64,000 nucleotides of DNA from a bacterium (GCA_037446635.1 JBBIIG010000002.1:96001-160000); one strand, 5' to 3'; numbered from the stretch's first letter, positions 48,203 to 60,009 are shown. Notes: a model not told the origin generated them from the letters alone. A program made the numbers and translations.

Positions 48203-49575
48203 TTATTTTTGCATGTAGGAGACAAAATCGTTTAGTAGAATTCTTCTCCAATGGGTTCCAATTAATTCATAAGGAACGTTTCTTACGTCGATTCTTATTA
48301 GATTTTCCCGTGACCGTCGGGATGGGTCAGTTGCACTAACGCCCTTTTCTATTCCGATCTTTTTTAACAGCCCCAAAAATTCATCCAAAAATTCTTGGGC
48401 ATTGTGAGGGATACTAATTCCCATTCTCAAAAGGCTGTAAATTCCTTTTTGTTTATCGTAGATGCCATCGCTGATGGCAATTCGACTTTTGAGATCGCAA
48501 TAACCTTTGAGAAAAGCGATCATGATGTTTTTGTCGTTTGATTCCGCAATTGCTTTTGGTATGAAAGGAATCACTTTCCCTTTCTGAACGGCGAGGTCTA
48601 GATTTTTGATTTCCTCAAATATGACCGATTTTTTTTCAAAACGGATTTGAATCTGGAAATGATAACCTTCGATATGGCGAGCAGATAATCTGTCGTTTGT
48701 GCCTAATTGCGTTATCAAAAAATTGATACTTTCGCTGATGCGCTCGACATCTTTTTTGTGCGCTTCATATTGTGATATTTTGTAATCGCTGATGTCCGGA
48801 TTATAATAGTAGCCTCATAGGGTTTGCCGCGATTGGCGAGACCTCGATACAGGTCTATGGTCAGCCCTCGTTTCTTGAAGTTGATTTTGCTGTTTGCGCT
48901 CAACAGCCCCAATAAGTAAGCAAACTCATTATTGAGTATAAGTTTTTGGGATTGAACAATTTTGCCAGCGGTGATTTGAACCTGCTCTCTCAGCTTCCGG
49001 AGTTTTCTGGCCTTGCTCTCGTCGGCTTTGGTTCTTCTTTTGAAAGCTTGCTGGTAAACATCCAGCAGATTGCCATGAGTCAGAACATTAATCGAATGTT
49101 CCGCCGTCCAAAGATCATTAAAGAAATTGAGAAGGTTGTGGAAGAGCGCGTCTAGTTTGCCATAAACGCTCAGGTTGCATTCGATATTGTATTTGATTCC
49201 GCCCAAAGTGAAGTTGGAAGATCCGATGATCACTCGGTAGCGATCTTTGTTGTGAAAGAGATAGAACTTCGGGTGGTAGTGTCCCTGGCTGGCTTCGTTG
49301 CGCTTTGTAGTTATGAAAACTTTACATTCAGAATCGCCAGGAATGGTAGCGAGTTCTTCGATGACCCTTTTTTCTGTAACGAATTCTTCAATATCGAACA
49401 GCGCTCGCAATTTACCGTTGTTTCGTAAAAACGCTTGGAAATCGTCTCTAAGGGATTCAAAGGCACTACAAGATGCATAAGCGACTCCAAGATACAAACT
49501 TTCAGCCCAGCGCAGGCTCTCTTGTATGGTTTTGAAAAAACTCTCATCCGAATTCTGAAGAATGGTAATTTTCAT
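48203..49575 (-). pseudogene. PLD-family (NgoFVII/BfiI-like) endonuclease with LAGLIDADG-like C-terminus, split by a 1-nt frameshift near 48813
   Basis: HPKFYLF, IGSSNFT.GG..NIE; the alternate frame GYYYNPDISDY...INFLITQ joins ORF 48715-49575 to ORF 48203-48718. Confidence 0.75.
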
Positions 49576-50393
49576 TTCTTGAAGATGAGTATAAATTCGT
49601 GAACCTTGTTAATCCTGAACACATAGGGGTAGCCTAACGGCCGCAGATTATTGTATTCCTGCCGCCGATCCCAGATGATGATGTCATCCAATGAAAATCC
49701 AATGTCCCTCATGAAACTTATGACATCGATATGGAAAGGATAGAATTCGTCTTTCTTTCTTAAATCCATTACTACCACACAACAAAATCCTCCGCGTTTT
49801 GTTACGCGATGGACTTTAGAAAAAATGTCTTTCAAGCCAGAAAGAAAGCCATCGTAAGATTTAATGTTCCCCAAATCAGCATCGACGTCGCTGTATTTTC
49901 GGATCTCTTTATAATCTGCGGATCGTTTTTGATTGAGAATGTCCCAATATGGCGGTGAAGTTACGGTTAGCTGAATCGAGTCCTCTTCAATATGATTTAA
50001 CAAGTCCCGCGCGTCTCCCTTAATCAAAAGCGGTTTATACTCATTGGTATCAAACAAATTTAAATTACTGGTTCTCTCTCGGTAAAGCTTAATGAATTTC
50101 TCTGAAAGCTCGATGCCTTTGCTGAATCTTTTAAGATTTTTGGCGGCAATAAGTGTTGATCCGCTTCCGGCAAACGGATCAAAAACGACGTCCCCCTCGT
50201 TGCTATAAATTTTGATTAATCGCTCCGGCAGCATCGTTGGAAAAATGGCGGGATGAGCCAGGCCATTTTCTTCTCCAGCTTTTCGAATATCAGACCAGAT
50301 CGAAATGGAATACTGCAGCCAGGTTTTACCATCTAATGCGATTTTAGCTTTTGACAAACCTGCCCCTCCGAAATTCAGTTCCAATTTTTTCAA
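49572..50393 (-). CDS. N4-cytosine/N6-adenine DNA methyltransferase with permuted motif order
   Basis: HPAIFP, DPFAGSGST, then TSPPYW; ATGA overlap with the nuclease; low GC. Confidence 0.9.
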   Translation of the reverse strand: MKKLELNFGGAGLSKAKIALDGKTWLQYSISIWSDIRKAGEENGLAHPAIFPTMLPERLIKIYSNEGDVVFDPFAGSGSTLIAAKNLKRFSKGIELSEKFIKLYRERTSNLNLFDTNEYKPLLIKGDARDLLNHIEEDSIQLTVTSPPYWDILNQKRSADYKEIRKYSDVDADLGNIKSYDGFLSGLKDIFSKVHRVTKRGGFCCVVVMDLRKKDEFYPFHIDVISFMRDIGFSLDDIIIWDRRQEYNNLRPLGYPYVFRINKVHEFILIFKK

Positions 50394-50454
50394 ACTATAA
50401 AAGATTTATGAGGAATCCAAATAGTTCATTATTTTATTATTGATTGGCAAATTT

Positions 50455-50533
50455 ATAATTGAGAATTCACCATTCACAATTCGTTACACCGGGCAATTGT
50501 CAATTGCGAATGGCGAATTGTTAATTGTGAATT
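50455..50533. repeat. Inverted heptamer tracts (CAATT/AATTG family)
   Basis: AATTCACCATTCACAATT...AATTGTCAATTGCGAATGGCGAATTGTTAATTGTGAATT. Confidence 0.6.
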
Positions 50534-50572
50534 GGGCCGCTTGAACTAAATTTGATAGTCCCGGGGACAAGT

Positions 50573-51874
<1,302 letters not shown>

Positions 51875-51907
51875 TTAATTATCGTTCAGACCAAATTTAT
51901 TCTGCCC

Positions 51908-53320
51908 CTACCAAATCGTCTCTGCCTTAATCAAATTCGTGGTGCCGGCCACGCCCACTGGCACGCCGGCAGTGATCACCACGGTGTCGCCAATTTTCGC
52001 CAAACCCGACTTGATGGCTTTGTCCATCGCTTCCTCCATCATCTCATCCGTGTTTTGAAAAACGCCGGACATAATGGGATAGACGCCCCACACTAAATTC
52101 AACCGCCGCACGACTTCTGGAATTGGGCTGAACGCGATGATGGGCTGAGCCGGCCGAAACGAGCTCACCATGCGCGCGGTGCTGCCGGACTGCGTGGGTG
52201 TGATGATCACCGCGGCCTTGAGGTCCCGCGCCATTTGATACGAAGCATGGCTCACCGCCTGCGCAATGCTGGCAACGCTGGTATCGTGCGACCGGCGATT
52301 CAACTGCGCGACCTGGCTGTTTTCGGTCACCGCGATGATATTCGCCATCGTCTTGACGGCCTCGATGGGATAATTGCCAATCGTGGTTTCTTCGGAGAGC
52401 ATCACCGCGTCGGTGCCATCGAGCACGGCGTTGGCGACGTCGTTGGCTTCGGCGCGCGTGGGCCGCGGATTTTCCACCATCGACTTCAACATCTGCGTAG
52501 CGGTGATCACCGGCTTGCTGGCCTCGTTGCACAATTTGATGATCATTTTCTGCGCCAGCGGCACGCGCTCCAACGCCGTTTCCACCGCCAAATCGCCGCG
52601 CGCCACCATGATGCCATCGGCGGCATCGATGATCTCGGCGATGTTTTCCAGCGCTTCGTGCTTTTCGATTTTGGCAATAATAGGCACGCGCTGGCTTTTT
52701 GACTCCATGAAGTCTTTGATTTCGAGAATATCGTCTTTGCGGCGCACGAAAGACACCGCGATGTAATCCACCCCATGTTCGAGGCCAAATTCCAAATCCG
52801 CGCGGTCTTTGTCCGTGAACGCTTTGACGGAAAGTGAAATGCCCGGCAGGTTGACGCCCTTATGAGATGAAAGTAGCCCGCCGACTTTCACTTTGCAGAT
52901 GACGTTTTTGGCGTCGGTTTTTTCCACCAGCAATTCGATGGCGCCGTCGGCCAGCAGGATGCGCTCGCCGGCCTGGACGTCCTTCGGTAGTTCTGGAAAC
53001 GTCACGCCCACGCGTGATTCATCGCCGGCGATGTCGTCAATCGTCAGTGTAAAAGTTTGGCCGGGCTTCAAATTCACTGGATCTTTTTTGAATTTTCCCA
53101 CCCGCAGTTTGGGGCCGGCGAGATCCTGCAAAATGGCGATGGGCTGTCCTTTTTTCTCGGCAACGTTGCGGATGCGGCGCAGCGTCTGCAGATGCTGCCC
53201 GTGGCTGCCGTGGGAAAAATTGAGGCGGGCGACGTTCATGCCGGCGTCCATAAGCTGGCCCAAAACTTCTTCGGTGTCGGTAACCGGGCCGATGGTGCAA
53301 ACGATCTTGGTTCGGCGCAT
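51908..53320 (-). CDS. pyk: Pyruvate kinase
   Basis: TKIVCTIGP, NFSHG, ARGDL, ATQM, PTRAE. Confidence 0.97.
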   Translation of the reverse strand: MRRTKIVCTIGPVTDTEEVLGQLMDAGMNVARLNFSHGSHGQHLQTLRRIRNVAEKKGQPIAILQDLAGPKLRVGKFKKDPVNLKPGQTFTLTIDDIAGDESRVGVTFPELPKDVQAGERILLADGAIELLVEKTDAKNVICKVKVGGLLSSHKGVNLPGISLSVKAFTDKDRADLEFGLEHGVDYIAVSFVRRKDDILEIKDFMESKSQRVPIIAKIEKHEALENIAEIIDAADGIMVARGDLAVETALERVPLAQKMIIKLCNEASKPVITATQMLKSMVENPRPTRAEANDVANAVLDGTDAVMLSEETTIGNYPIEAVKTMANIIAVTENSQVAQLNRRSHDTSVASIAQAVSHASYQMARDLKAAVIITPTQSGSTARMVSSFRPAQPIIAFSPIPEVVRRLNLVWGVYPIMSGVFQNTDEMMEEAMDKAIKSGLAKIGDTVVITAGVPVGVAGTTNLIKAETIW

Positions 53321-53321
53321 A

Positions 53322-54806
53322 TTATTTTCCCAATCGTTCCTGAGTAATTTTAGCGACCAGTCCCGTGAGCAGGATGAGGCCGATCAGGTTGGGGAAGGCC
53401 ATCAGCGCGTTGCCGATGTTGCCGAGACTCCAAACGATGTTGAGATAATTAAAACTTTCGCCGGCCAGCGGGGTTAAAACCGCGCCGAAAAAAAGAAAGG
53501 CGATAAAAATGTAGCGGTACGGCATCACCACTTTATCGCCGCCGAGATATTCGATACACTTTTCACCGTAATAGGACCAGCCGAGAAGCGTAGTATATCC
53601 GAACAAAAACGAGGCGAACGCCACCACCGCGCCGCCCACGCCGAACGGCAGCACCGAGTCAAAAGCTTTTTGAGTGACGAGAATGCTGGTGATGTTGTCG
53701 GGCGCGTTCAGTCCCTGCCAAGCCTGGGTTTGAATGTAAGCGCCGGTGAGAACGATGGTGAGGGTGGTCATGGTGTTCACCAGCAGCGTGTCGATGAACA
53801 CGCCGGTCATGGCGATGAGCCCGTTTTTGGTGGGCTCGTCCGAAGCCGACGCGCCCTGGGCAATCGCCGCGGAACCCAATCCGGCTTCGTTGGAAAGCAG
53901 CCCGCGGCTGACGCCGCTCTGGACGGCCAGCCCAAACGACGCCCCCAGCAGCGGCTGAAATCCGAATGCGGATTTAAAAATCAACGCAAAGGCCTCTGGA
54001 ATGCGAGAGAAATTCGCGATGATGATCCACAGAGCCGCGACGATGTAGAAAACAATCATAGCCGGCACCAGCTTTTCAGATACACGACCTATTTTTTTGA
54101 TGCCGCCAATGATGACCATCCCCACCAAAAGCGCGATGACCGCGCCGATGGCATAATAGTATATCGCCGGCGCTTGTTGCGCATGCGTTCCGCTGTGCAA
54201 ATATTGATTGATGGTATTGGCCAGTGACGCCGCCATGGAATTAGACTGCGCCAAATTCCCTGTGCCAATTAAACACGCGATGGTTCCACAAACCGCGAAC
54301 GCCGCTCCCAGGAATCGTCCAAACTTTTTGTTTTTCAAACCATTTTTAACATAATACATGGGGCCGCCGGCCATGGTGCCTTTGGGCGCCACTTAGCGGA
54401 TTTTAACTCCTAAGAATCCCTCCGCGTATTTGGTGGCCATGCCGAAGAGCGCAGCAATCCACATAAACACCGGCGCGCCCGGTCCGCCAATGGCGATGGC
54501 GGTGGCCACGCCGGCGATGTTGCCGTTGCCAACCGTCGCAGCGAGTGCGGTCATCAGTGCGGCAAATGGTGAAATGTCGCCGTGGCCCTCTTCGGAACGG
54601 GCTTCTCTGGAAAAGATGAGTTTGAGGGAGCGCCAGAAATGTGAAAATTGAATGCCGCCGGTGGCAATCGTCAAAAATATGCCGGCGCCTAAAAGCAGAG
54701 CGATGAGGGCGGAAATGGGCCATTGTAACGGCCAGCCCCAGATTAAGTTATCAATGGTGGTTGCCAGGTACAAAAATCGGTCAAAAAAACCTGTTTCGTT
54801 TCCCAT
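53322..54806 (-). pseudogene. AgcS alanine/glycine:cation symporter interrupted by an in-frame TAA at 54393-54395
   Basis: TVGNGNIAGVA / GGPGA upstream and GGPMYY / SNEAGLGS downstream, in the same frame. Confidence 0.85.
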
Positions 54807-54881
54807 AAGCTTCCTTTCCGGAGTTGGTTACAGTGGGGTAAAAAACGTGAAAAGGTAAGCACGCTCCGGTAAAAAAACAAC

Positions 54882-56612
54882 TCAAAATTCTTTTTTATAT
54901 TTCCGCCATGCCAGCAAAAGCACACACGAGAAAATCGTCAACAAAAAGTAAGCTCCGGCCTTGAACGCCACCCCGGCCGCAGTCAACGCGCCAGCGCTGA
55001 ATCCGGCCAAACCCTCGCCGCCCATCACACCAGCGGCCATCAGTAACCCGGCGTGGTAGAGGTGCGGCGTCTTCCGATCCACATAAAAACGAATGAGCGC
55101 GCCCGCCGCCAGCGGAATTGCCAACCCTAGCCCTAAAAACAGACCAATGCCCAGCGGCATCAGCAAAATTTTGTTTTTGAATTTTAGTGGAACGAAGCGC
55201 TGCGCCATTTCCCAAATAAATGCCAGCACGAAGCCGCCGGCGAACACCCCCGGAAACTCGAAGCCGAAGATGCTGCCCGCCACCATCTGCGCCTGCGGGG
55301 CCGGCATTGCCGGGGTGAACAGGGCATTGGCAAAACCGCGGCGAATGGTTTCGAGGACGAACGGCGCGGCCAGTCCGGAGGCGACGACCGTGATGATGTC
55401 CACTTTCACAATATCGAAGAAGCGCGTGCCGACGATCACCGAAGATTTGTAGTCATGGCCGGCGTCGCCGGCGATGGCGCACGCGACGCTCACGAACGTG
55501 ACTATCATAAACGAGGCCGTCATGCTCAGCTCCAGAGCGGCAATTTGGTAAATGAGCGCTATCACCAGTCCGGTGAAAATTCCGAACTGTTCCAGTGGAT
55601 CGATGTTGGTTTCGCCGGTCATGCGCGCGGCCACGGCGACCATCACCCACACGCCGATCACTGTCAGCAGCGCCGCCAATAGCGGCACGCCGGCCAACCA
55701 CAGCGCGCTCATTCCCAGCAGCGCCAACCCGGGAAAAAGCCGCAGGTAGCGCTCGCTGGCTTTCAAAATTGGAAGAAAGATTTTTTGGAAGCGCGGCAAA
55801 ACGTAGCTGGAAAAAAATCCGATGCCGGAGCCCAGCACCATTCCCATTCCGAAATTTTGCGCCAAGCCGCGCGCCGACTCTGCGCTGAAGCCATTTTGGA
55901 AAAGCAGCGGCACGAGAATCACCCAGCCGAGGACGGCGCCCAGCAGCCACGAAAACCCGGCGGCGGCGCCGAGGATATATCCGCCGCCGACCGCCAGCGG
56001 CAGCGGAGCCAGCGTCAAAAATAATCCAATGGCGGTAAGCGCGGCGAATGAAAAGCCCGCGGGGAAATAGAGATCGCGAATGAGCGCGAATATGCCGGCC
56101 GCGGCGCCAATCACGATTATAAAAAATAATTGCCGGCCGCCGGTTTGGCCGGCTTTCAAAAGCTCGGCGCCCGCCGTGCCGGAGGGGTACGGCAGTTGCT
56201 CTTCATCAACAAACGTATATTTGAGCGGCACGGACAAAAGAATGCCGAGAACGCCGGCCAGCGTGGTTACCAGCGCCAGCACCCAGGGGTTCGGCCAGGC
56301 GATCTCTAAATTTTTGCTGCTGTTCAAATACAAAATGCCGGGCACGGTGAACACCACGCCGGCCGCCACCAATCCACCGATGCTGCCGCCGGCCTGCGCC
56401 ACGTTCACCTCGTGGACGCTGACTTTGCGGCCGCGGCTCAAGAGTTTTAGAACGCCGCCGGAGATGATCACGGAAAAAATGATCGGCCACGGCTGCGCCC
56501 CAAGCTTGACGGCCACGTAAGAAGAGCTGGTGAGCAAAAAAATGGAGAGGGCAACCGCAATCAGGGCCGCCCGCACGGTGAATCCGGAATGTTCGCTTTT
56601 TTGATTGGACAT
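54882..56612 (-). CDS. OPT/YSL-family transporter
   Basis: FTVRA, LPYPSGTA, GET, APQA, G.MGGE. Confidence 0.85.
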   Translation of the reverse strand: MSNQKSEHSGFTVRAALIAVALSIFLLTSSSYVAVKLGAQPWPIIFSVIISGGVLKLLSRGRKVSVHEVNVAQAGGSIGGLVAAGVVFTVPGILYLNSSKNLEIAWPNPWVLALVTTLAGVLGILLSVPLKYTFVDEEQLPYPSGTAGAELLKAGQTGGRQLFFIIVIGAAAGIFALIRDLYFPAGFSFAALTAIGLFLTLAPLPLAVGGGYILGAAAGFSWLLGAVLGWVILVPLLFQNGFSAESARGLAQNFGMGMVLGSGIGFFSSYVLPRFQKIFLPILKASERYLRLFPGLALLGMSALWLAGVPLLAALLTVIGVWVMVAVAARMTGETNIDPLEQFGIFTGLVIALIYQIAALELSMTASFMIVTFVSVACAIAGDAGHDYKSSVIVGTRFFDIVKVDIITVVASGLAAPFVLETIRRGFANALFTPAMPAPQAQMVAGSIFGFEFPGVFAGGFVLAFIWEMAQRFVPLKFKNKILLMPLGIGLFLGLGLAIPLAAGALIRFYVDRKTPHLYHAGLLMAAGVMGGEGLAGFSAGALTAAGVAFKAGAYFLLTIFSCVLLLAWRKYKKEF

Positions 56613-56688
56613 AAACGAATTGGGGTAATTCTGCCGATGGTCGGAATATTAAATGAAGACGGATGTATAAACAAGTACCAAACCCGAT

Positions 56689-56750
56689 GGGCGGCTTCAT
56701 CAACCTCCTCTTCCAAAAAGCAGTAAACTATGAGGCCGCCCCTTTTTATT
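56689..56750 (+). ncRNA. Candidate small RNA or terminator hairpin with anti-Shine-Dalgarno loop
   Basis: GGGCGGCTTCAT / ATGAGGCCGCCC stem, loop contains ACCTCCT, followed by a T run. Confidence 0.4.
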
Positions 56751-56779
56751 TGTATTGCTCAGCGCTTTTCCCGAAATTT

Positions 56780-57892
56780 TCAAATTTCCTTCAGTAAAGC
56801 CGCCCATGCCTTCCGATGTTGAATGGATGATTTTGAAGCGTCAAGTTCCGGCCCTATCCTGCTAATAAAATCGACACGGCCGCGTTCTCCCAACAATATT
56901 AATTTTCCCTTCGCAAATTCGACGAGATCTGAAATGTAGATGTTTTGGCCGCTGGCAAACTCTTGAGTGATTTTTCTCTTTATAGCGTCATGGTTTTTCG
57001 GTTCGATACCCTGCTGAGCTATGAACAAAATTTCTTTTATGCGATTAGCTCTCGCGATGTCAATCTTTGAATCTAATTGAGTCAAGTTTAAACTTCTATC
57101 CTTCACTTCAACTAACAAGATTATCTCATCATTCAGCCAACACTCAATGTCTGCGACCATTCCAGAGGTTACGTCCGGAGCATTGACTTTTTCTCTTTTT
57201 ATTTCGTCGAAAAGATTAAATCTATCCGAAATGGTTCGAAACAGGGAAGTCGCAACTGCTTCCAGTCGATCACCACCCGAGCGCTCCGAGATAAATTTTT
57301 CGATAAGAAAAAGCGTTTTTTCTAGGCTGGTTCTACTTGGCGTTGGATACACCACAACCACGTTTGTCAAAAGTTTATTTATTTCCACGAGTACTTGATC
57401 AAAGACTTTTTGCGTGAAATCGATATCGTTTTTATTTTGAACCGCATCCAAAATATAAATTAGCTTATCCCAATCCTGCTTGTTTTTTTGTCTTGCTCGA
57501 TTGGCCTTCGATACAGATGTGCAGCGTAGCGGATTGTTCACATACGGCTCATTCGAGCCGCCTAATACGTTATGATTTTCTTTATCAAAGGGTACAATGA
57601 CTTTGTGCGCAATGGTTCGTGCATCGAATGAGCCTTCGCTTGCAAACGCGGCTTGCAACGATCGGCAGTCGAGGGAGCGGTCAACAGACTTACTTAAGAG
57701 TTGGTTTGGAAGAACGTAACGGTAGGATTTAGTGCTGCTGTTTAAACAGCTTCGAATATTCTCTTTTAGAAGGTCATATTCTCTTTTTAGAGGTTCGGTA
57801 CTCGATTCATGCTCAACAAGTTTGAGAATATAATTCCAACGTTCATGCAGATACTTTTGGCATTTCTCCGAAAATGATAATTGGTCAGGCAT
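56780..57892 (-). CDS. Type II restriction endonuclease, SacI-like PD-(D/E)xK
   Basis: FDAR.I...V.VP, LGGS.EPYVNNP.R, G..ADI...VEVKD; next to a methyltransferase; low GC. Confidence 0.75.
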   Translation of the reverse strand: MPDQLSFSEKCQKYLHERWNYILKLVEHESSTEPLKREYDLLKENIRSCLNSSTKSYRYVLPNQLLSKSVDRSLDCRSLQAAFASEGSFDARTIAHKVIVPFDKENHNVLGGSNEPYVNNPLRCTSVSKANRARQKNKQDWDKLIYILDAVQNKNDIDFTQKVFDQVLVEINKLLTNVVVVYPTPSRTSLEKTLFLIEKFISERSGGDRLEAVATSLFRTISDRFNLFDEIKREKVNAPDVTSGMVADIECWLNDEIILLVEVKDRSLNLTQLDSKIDIARANRIKEILFIAQQGIEPKNHDAIKRKITQEFASGQNIYISDLVEFAKGKLILLGERGRVDFISRIGPELDASKSSIQHRKAWAALLKEI

Positions 57893-57897
57893 GATGC

Positions 57898-58719
57898 TCA
57901 GTAATTAGTCCAAAGAATCTCGGTTCTTTCAGCTTTTATTGATAATGCTTTTTTGGTTTTGGCAACATGCATATTCCAATCTTTATATAACTCATCCATC
58001 AATTCACAGCGATATCCTGAAATGGCAACTTTGCCTTTGACGTTTTTCAGTACTTCGGCAAGTTTTACGTGCATGAGGTCGCTCATCTCATATTTATAAG
58101 CATTTTTGTCGCCGCGTGAGCCGTGGGGATAAGGGGGATCACAATAAAACAGTGTCTCTGGACTATCGTATCGCTTTATGACATTAAACGCATCATCGTG
58201 TTCGATCTGCACTCTCAAAAGTCTGGAAGCAATGTACTCAAGACCCTCGACGCTGCCTAACCAACGCGATACCGCGCCGGCCATTCCGGCGCGGCTCGTG
58301 GACAGGCAATTCGCCCAACGGCCATTCGACGCGGTTTGGGCTAAGCCGGTTCTCACCTGTCGCGCACGGATGAAAAATCTTCTCGCTCTTTCGAGATCGG
58401 AAAGACTCTCGCTATTTCCATTTGATTGAATGGCCTGCCGGAATTCTTCACGCGAAAACGGTGTCATTCCGATAGCGTAAAGCAATTCTTCTTTCTTATC
58501 TCTCAAAACTTTAAAGAAGTTTACGACTTCTCCGTCAATGTCATTGTAAGTTTCAACGTTAGCGGGTTCTCTATTTAACAAAACAGCGGCAGAACCACCA
58601 AAGGGCTCGCAGTAGTGCTGAGTACGAGGCAGCAGCGGCAGCAACCAATCGAGATGATTGTATTTTCCACCATACCAGCCAAAAGCGATTACCTTTTTTT
58701 TGTTTTCAACTATGGACAT
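57898..58719 (-). CDS. DNA adenine methyltransferase, D12/Dam class
   Basis: WYGGK, EPFGGS, YND, DPPY, E.LW.NY. Confidence 0.92.
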   Translation of the reverse strand: MSIVENKKKVIAFGWYGGKYNHLDWLLPLLPRTQHYCEPFGGSAAVLLNREPANVETYNDIDGEVVNFFKVLRDKKEELLYAIGMTPFSREEFRQAIQSNGNSESLSDLERARRFFIRARQVRTGLAQTASNGRWANCLSTSRAGMAGAVSRWLGSVEGLEYIASRLLRVQIEHDDAFNVIKRYDSPETLFYCDPPYPHGSRGDKNAYKYEMSDLMHVKLAEVLKNVKGKVAISGYRCELMDELYKDWNMHVAKTKKALSIKAERTEILWTNY

Positions 58720-58776
58720 TCAGCAGTCTCCTCTTCGCCTCATAAGATAACACAAATAATAAATGATGCAATCTTT

Positions 58777-59865
58777 TCAAGTGGCTTTTCGATACTCCAG
58801 CATCAACCGCTCCATCATCTCCTCCCGTTTGAAATACAGCTTTTTCAACTTTCGCGGCTGATGTTTGGCGAGCGCATACGCCGTGAGAATTGGCAGGGCG
58901 ATGGTGGAGTCACAGTAGCAGGTGATGGTATCAGGAAGCCGGTCGGGATCGACTTTGCCCCAGCTCACCGCCTCCGAAGGTGTGGCGCCGGAGAGGCCGC
59001 CGGTGTCGGGACGGGCGTCGGTGAATTGCAGAAAATAGTCGTGGCCTTTTTCATCGATGCCAAGCACTTCCTGAATTTGCGGCTCGGTTTGCAGCAGAAA
59101 ATTTTTCGGCGAGCCGCCGCCAAAAATCAGCACGCCGCTTTCGCCGCCGGCCCGTTTGGCCGCCAGCACAATCGCGGCGGTTTCGTTGACGTCGGCGTTG
59201 ACGTCGAATTGCAGACGGTTGCCATCCAGCGCCATCGCGGCCACGTTCATGCCGATGGAGCTGTCTCCCGGCGACGATGTATACACCGGCACGCCCGCGA
59301 GGTACGCCGCCGATAGCAGCGACTTGTGTTTCAGCCCCAACGCCTTTTCTCTTTCGTGAACGTATTTACCGATTAAAAAATGAAACTCTGCGGTGCTCAT
59401 GGTTTTTTGAAACTCCGGTGCGGCGATCACTTTGCGATAAAATTCGTCGGTGGAGAGCAGTACTTCGTAGTCGAAAAAAATGTCGTAAATGCGCACCACG
59501 CCTTCATCGCGCAGCACCACGTCGTCGGCTTTGAAGTTACCCTGGTGCATGGAGAGCCCGAGGGCAAAGTGGGTGTCGTGGTAGAGGTTGGCGCCGGTGC
59601 TGACAATCCAATCCACAAAGCCGTTTTCGATTAACGGGATCAAGCACGACATGCCCACGCCGGCCGGGGTGAGCGCGCCGGTGAGGCTCATCCCCACGGT
59701 GACCTTTTCGCCCAACATTTTTTGAGTGAACAACTGGCAGCCCTCCCGCAAGCGCGCAGCGTTGTAAGCGAGGAAGGTTTTATCTACGAGATCGGTCAAT
59801 GAAATCCCCATGCCGATGGGTTCGGGGGAAATCGATTTTCCGGAGAGAAAATTTTTCTTTGGCAT
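58777..59865 (-). CDS. Deoxyhypusine synthase-like protein (possible homospermidine synthase)
   Basis: [37 protein letters not shown]. Confidence 0.92.
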   Translation of the reverse strand: MPKKNFLSGKSISPEPIGMGISLTDLVDKTFLAYNAARLREGCQLFTQKMLGEKVTVGMSLTGALTPAGVGMSCLIPLIENGFVDWIVSTGANLYHDTHFALGLSMHQGNFKADDVVLRDEGVVRIYDIFFDYEVLLSTDEFYRKVIAAPEFQKTMSTAEFHFLIGKYVHEREKALGLKHKSLLSAAYLAGVPVYTSSPGDSSIGMNVAAMALDGNRLQFDVNADVNETAAIVLAAKRAGGESGVLIFGGGSPKNFLLQTEPQIQEVLGIDEKGHDYFLQFTDARPDTGGLSGATPSEAVSWGKVDPDRLPDTITCYCDSTIALPILTAYALAKHQPRKLKKLYFKREEMMERLMLEYRKAT

Positions 59866-59875
59866 CGGAGTCCTT

Positions 59876-60009
59876 TCGTGTGAGAAGTGAGATGTGAAAT
59901 GTGAGACGGAAACGTGAGACGGCAAACTGCAGACGGCAAATTCATGAACAACCGCATTACGCTCTTCGCTTTTCAACGTCTGCCACTTGCCGTCTCACTT
60001 TTCACGTTC
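59876..60009. repeat. Inverted heptamer tracts (GTGAGAN / TCTCAC)
   Basis: GTGAGAAGTGAGATGTGAAATGTGAGACG...CGTCTCACTTTTCACG; the right arm overlaps the stop of the upstream lipoprotein gene. Confidence 0.65.

Noticed and set aside
54393..54395. Stop-codon reassignment or Sec/Pyl recoding
   Set aside because: The codon is TAA, and TAA, TAG and TGA all terminate intact genes in this window.
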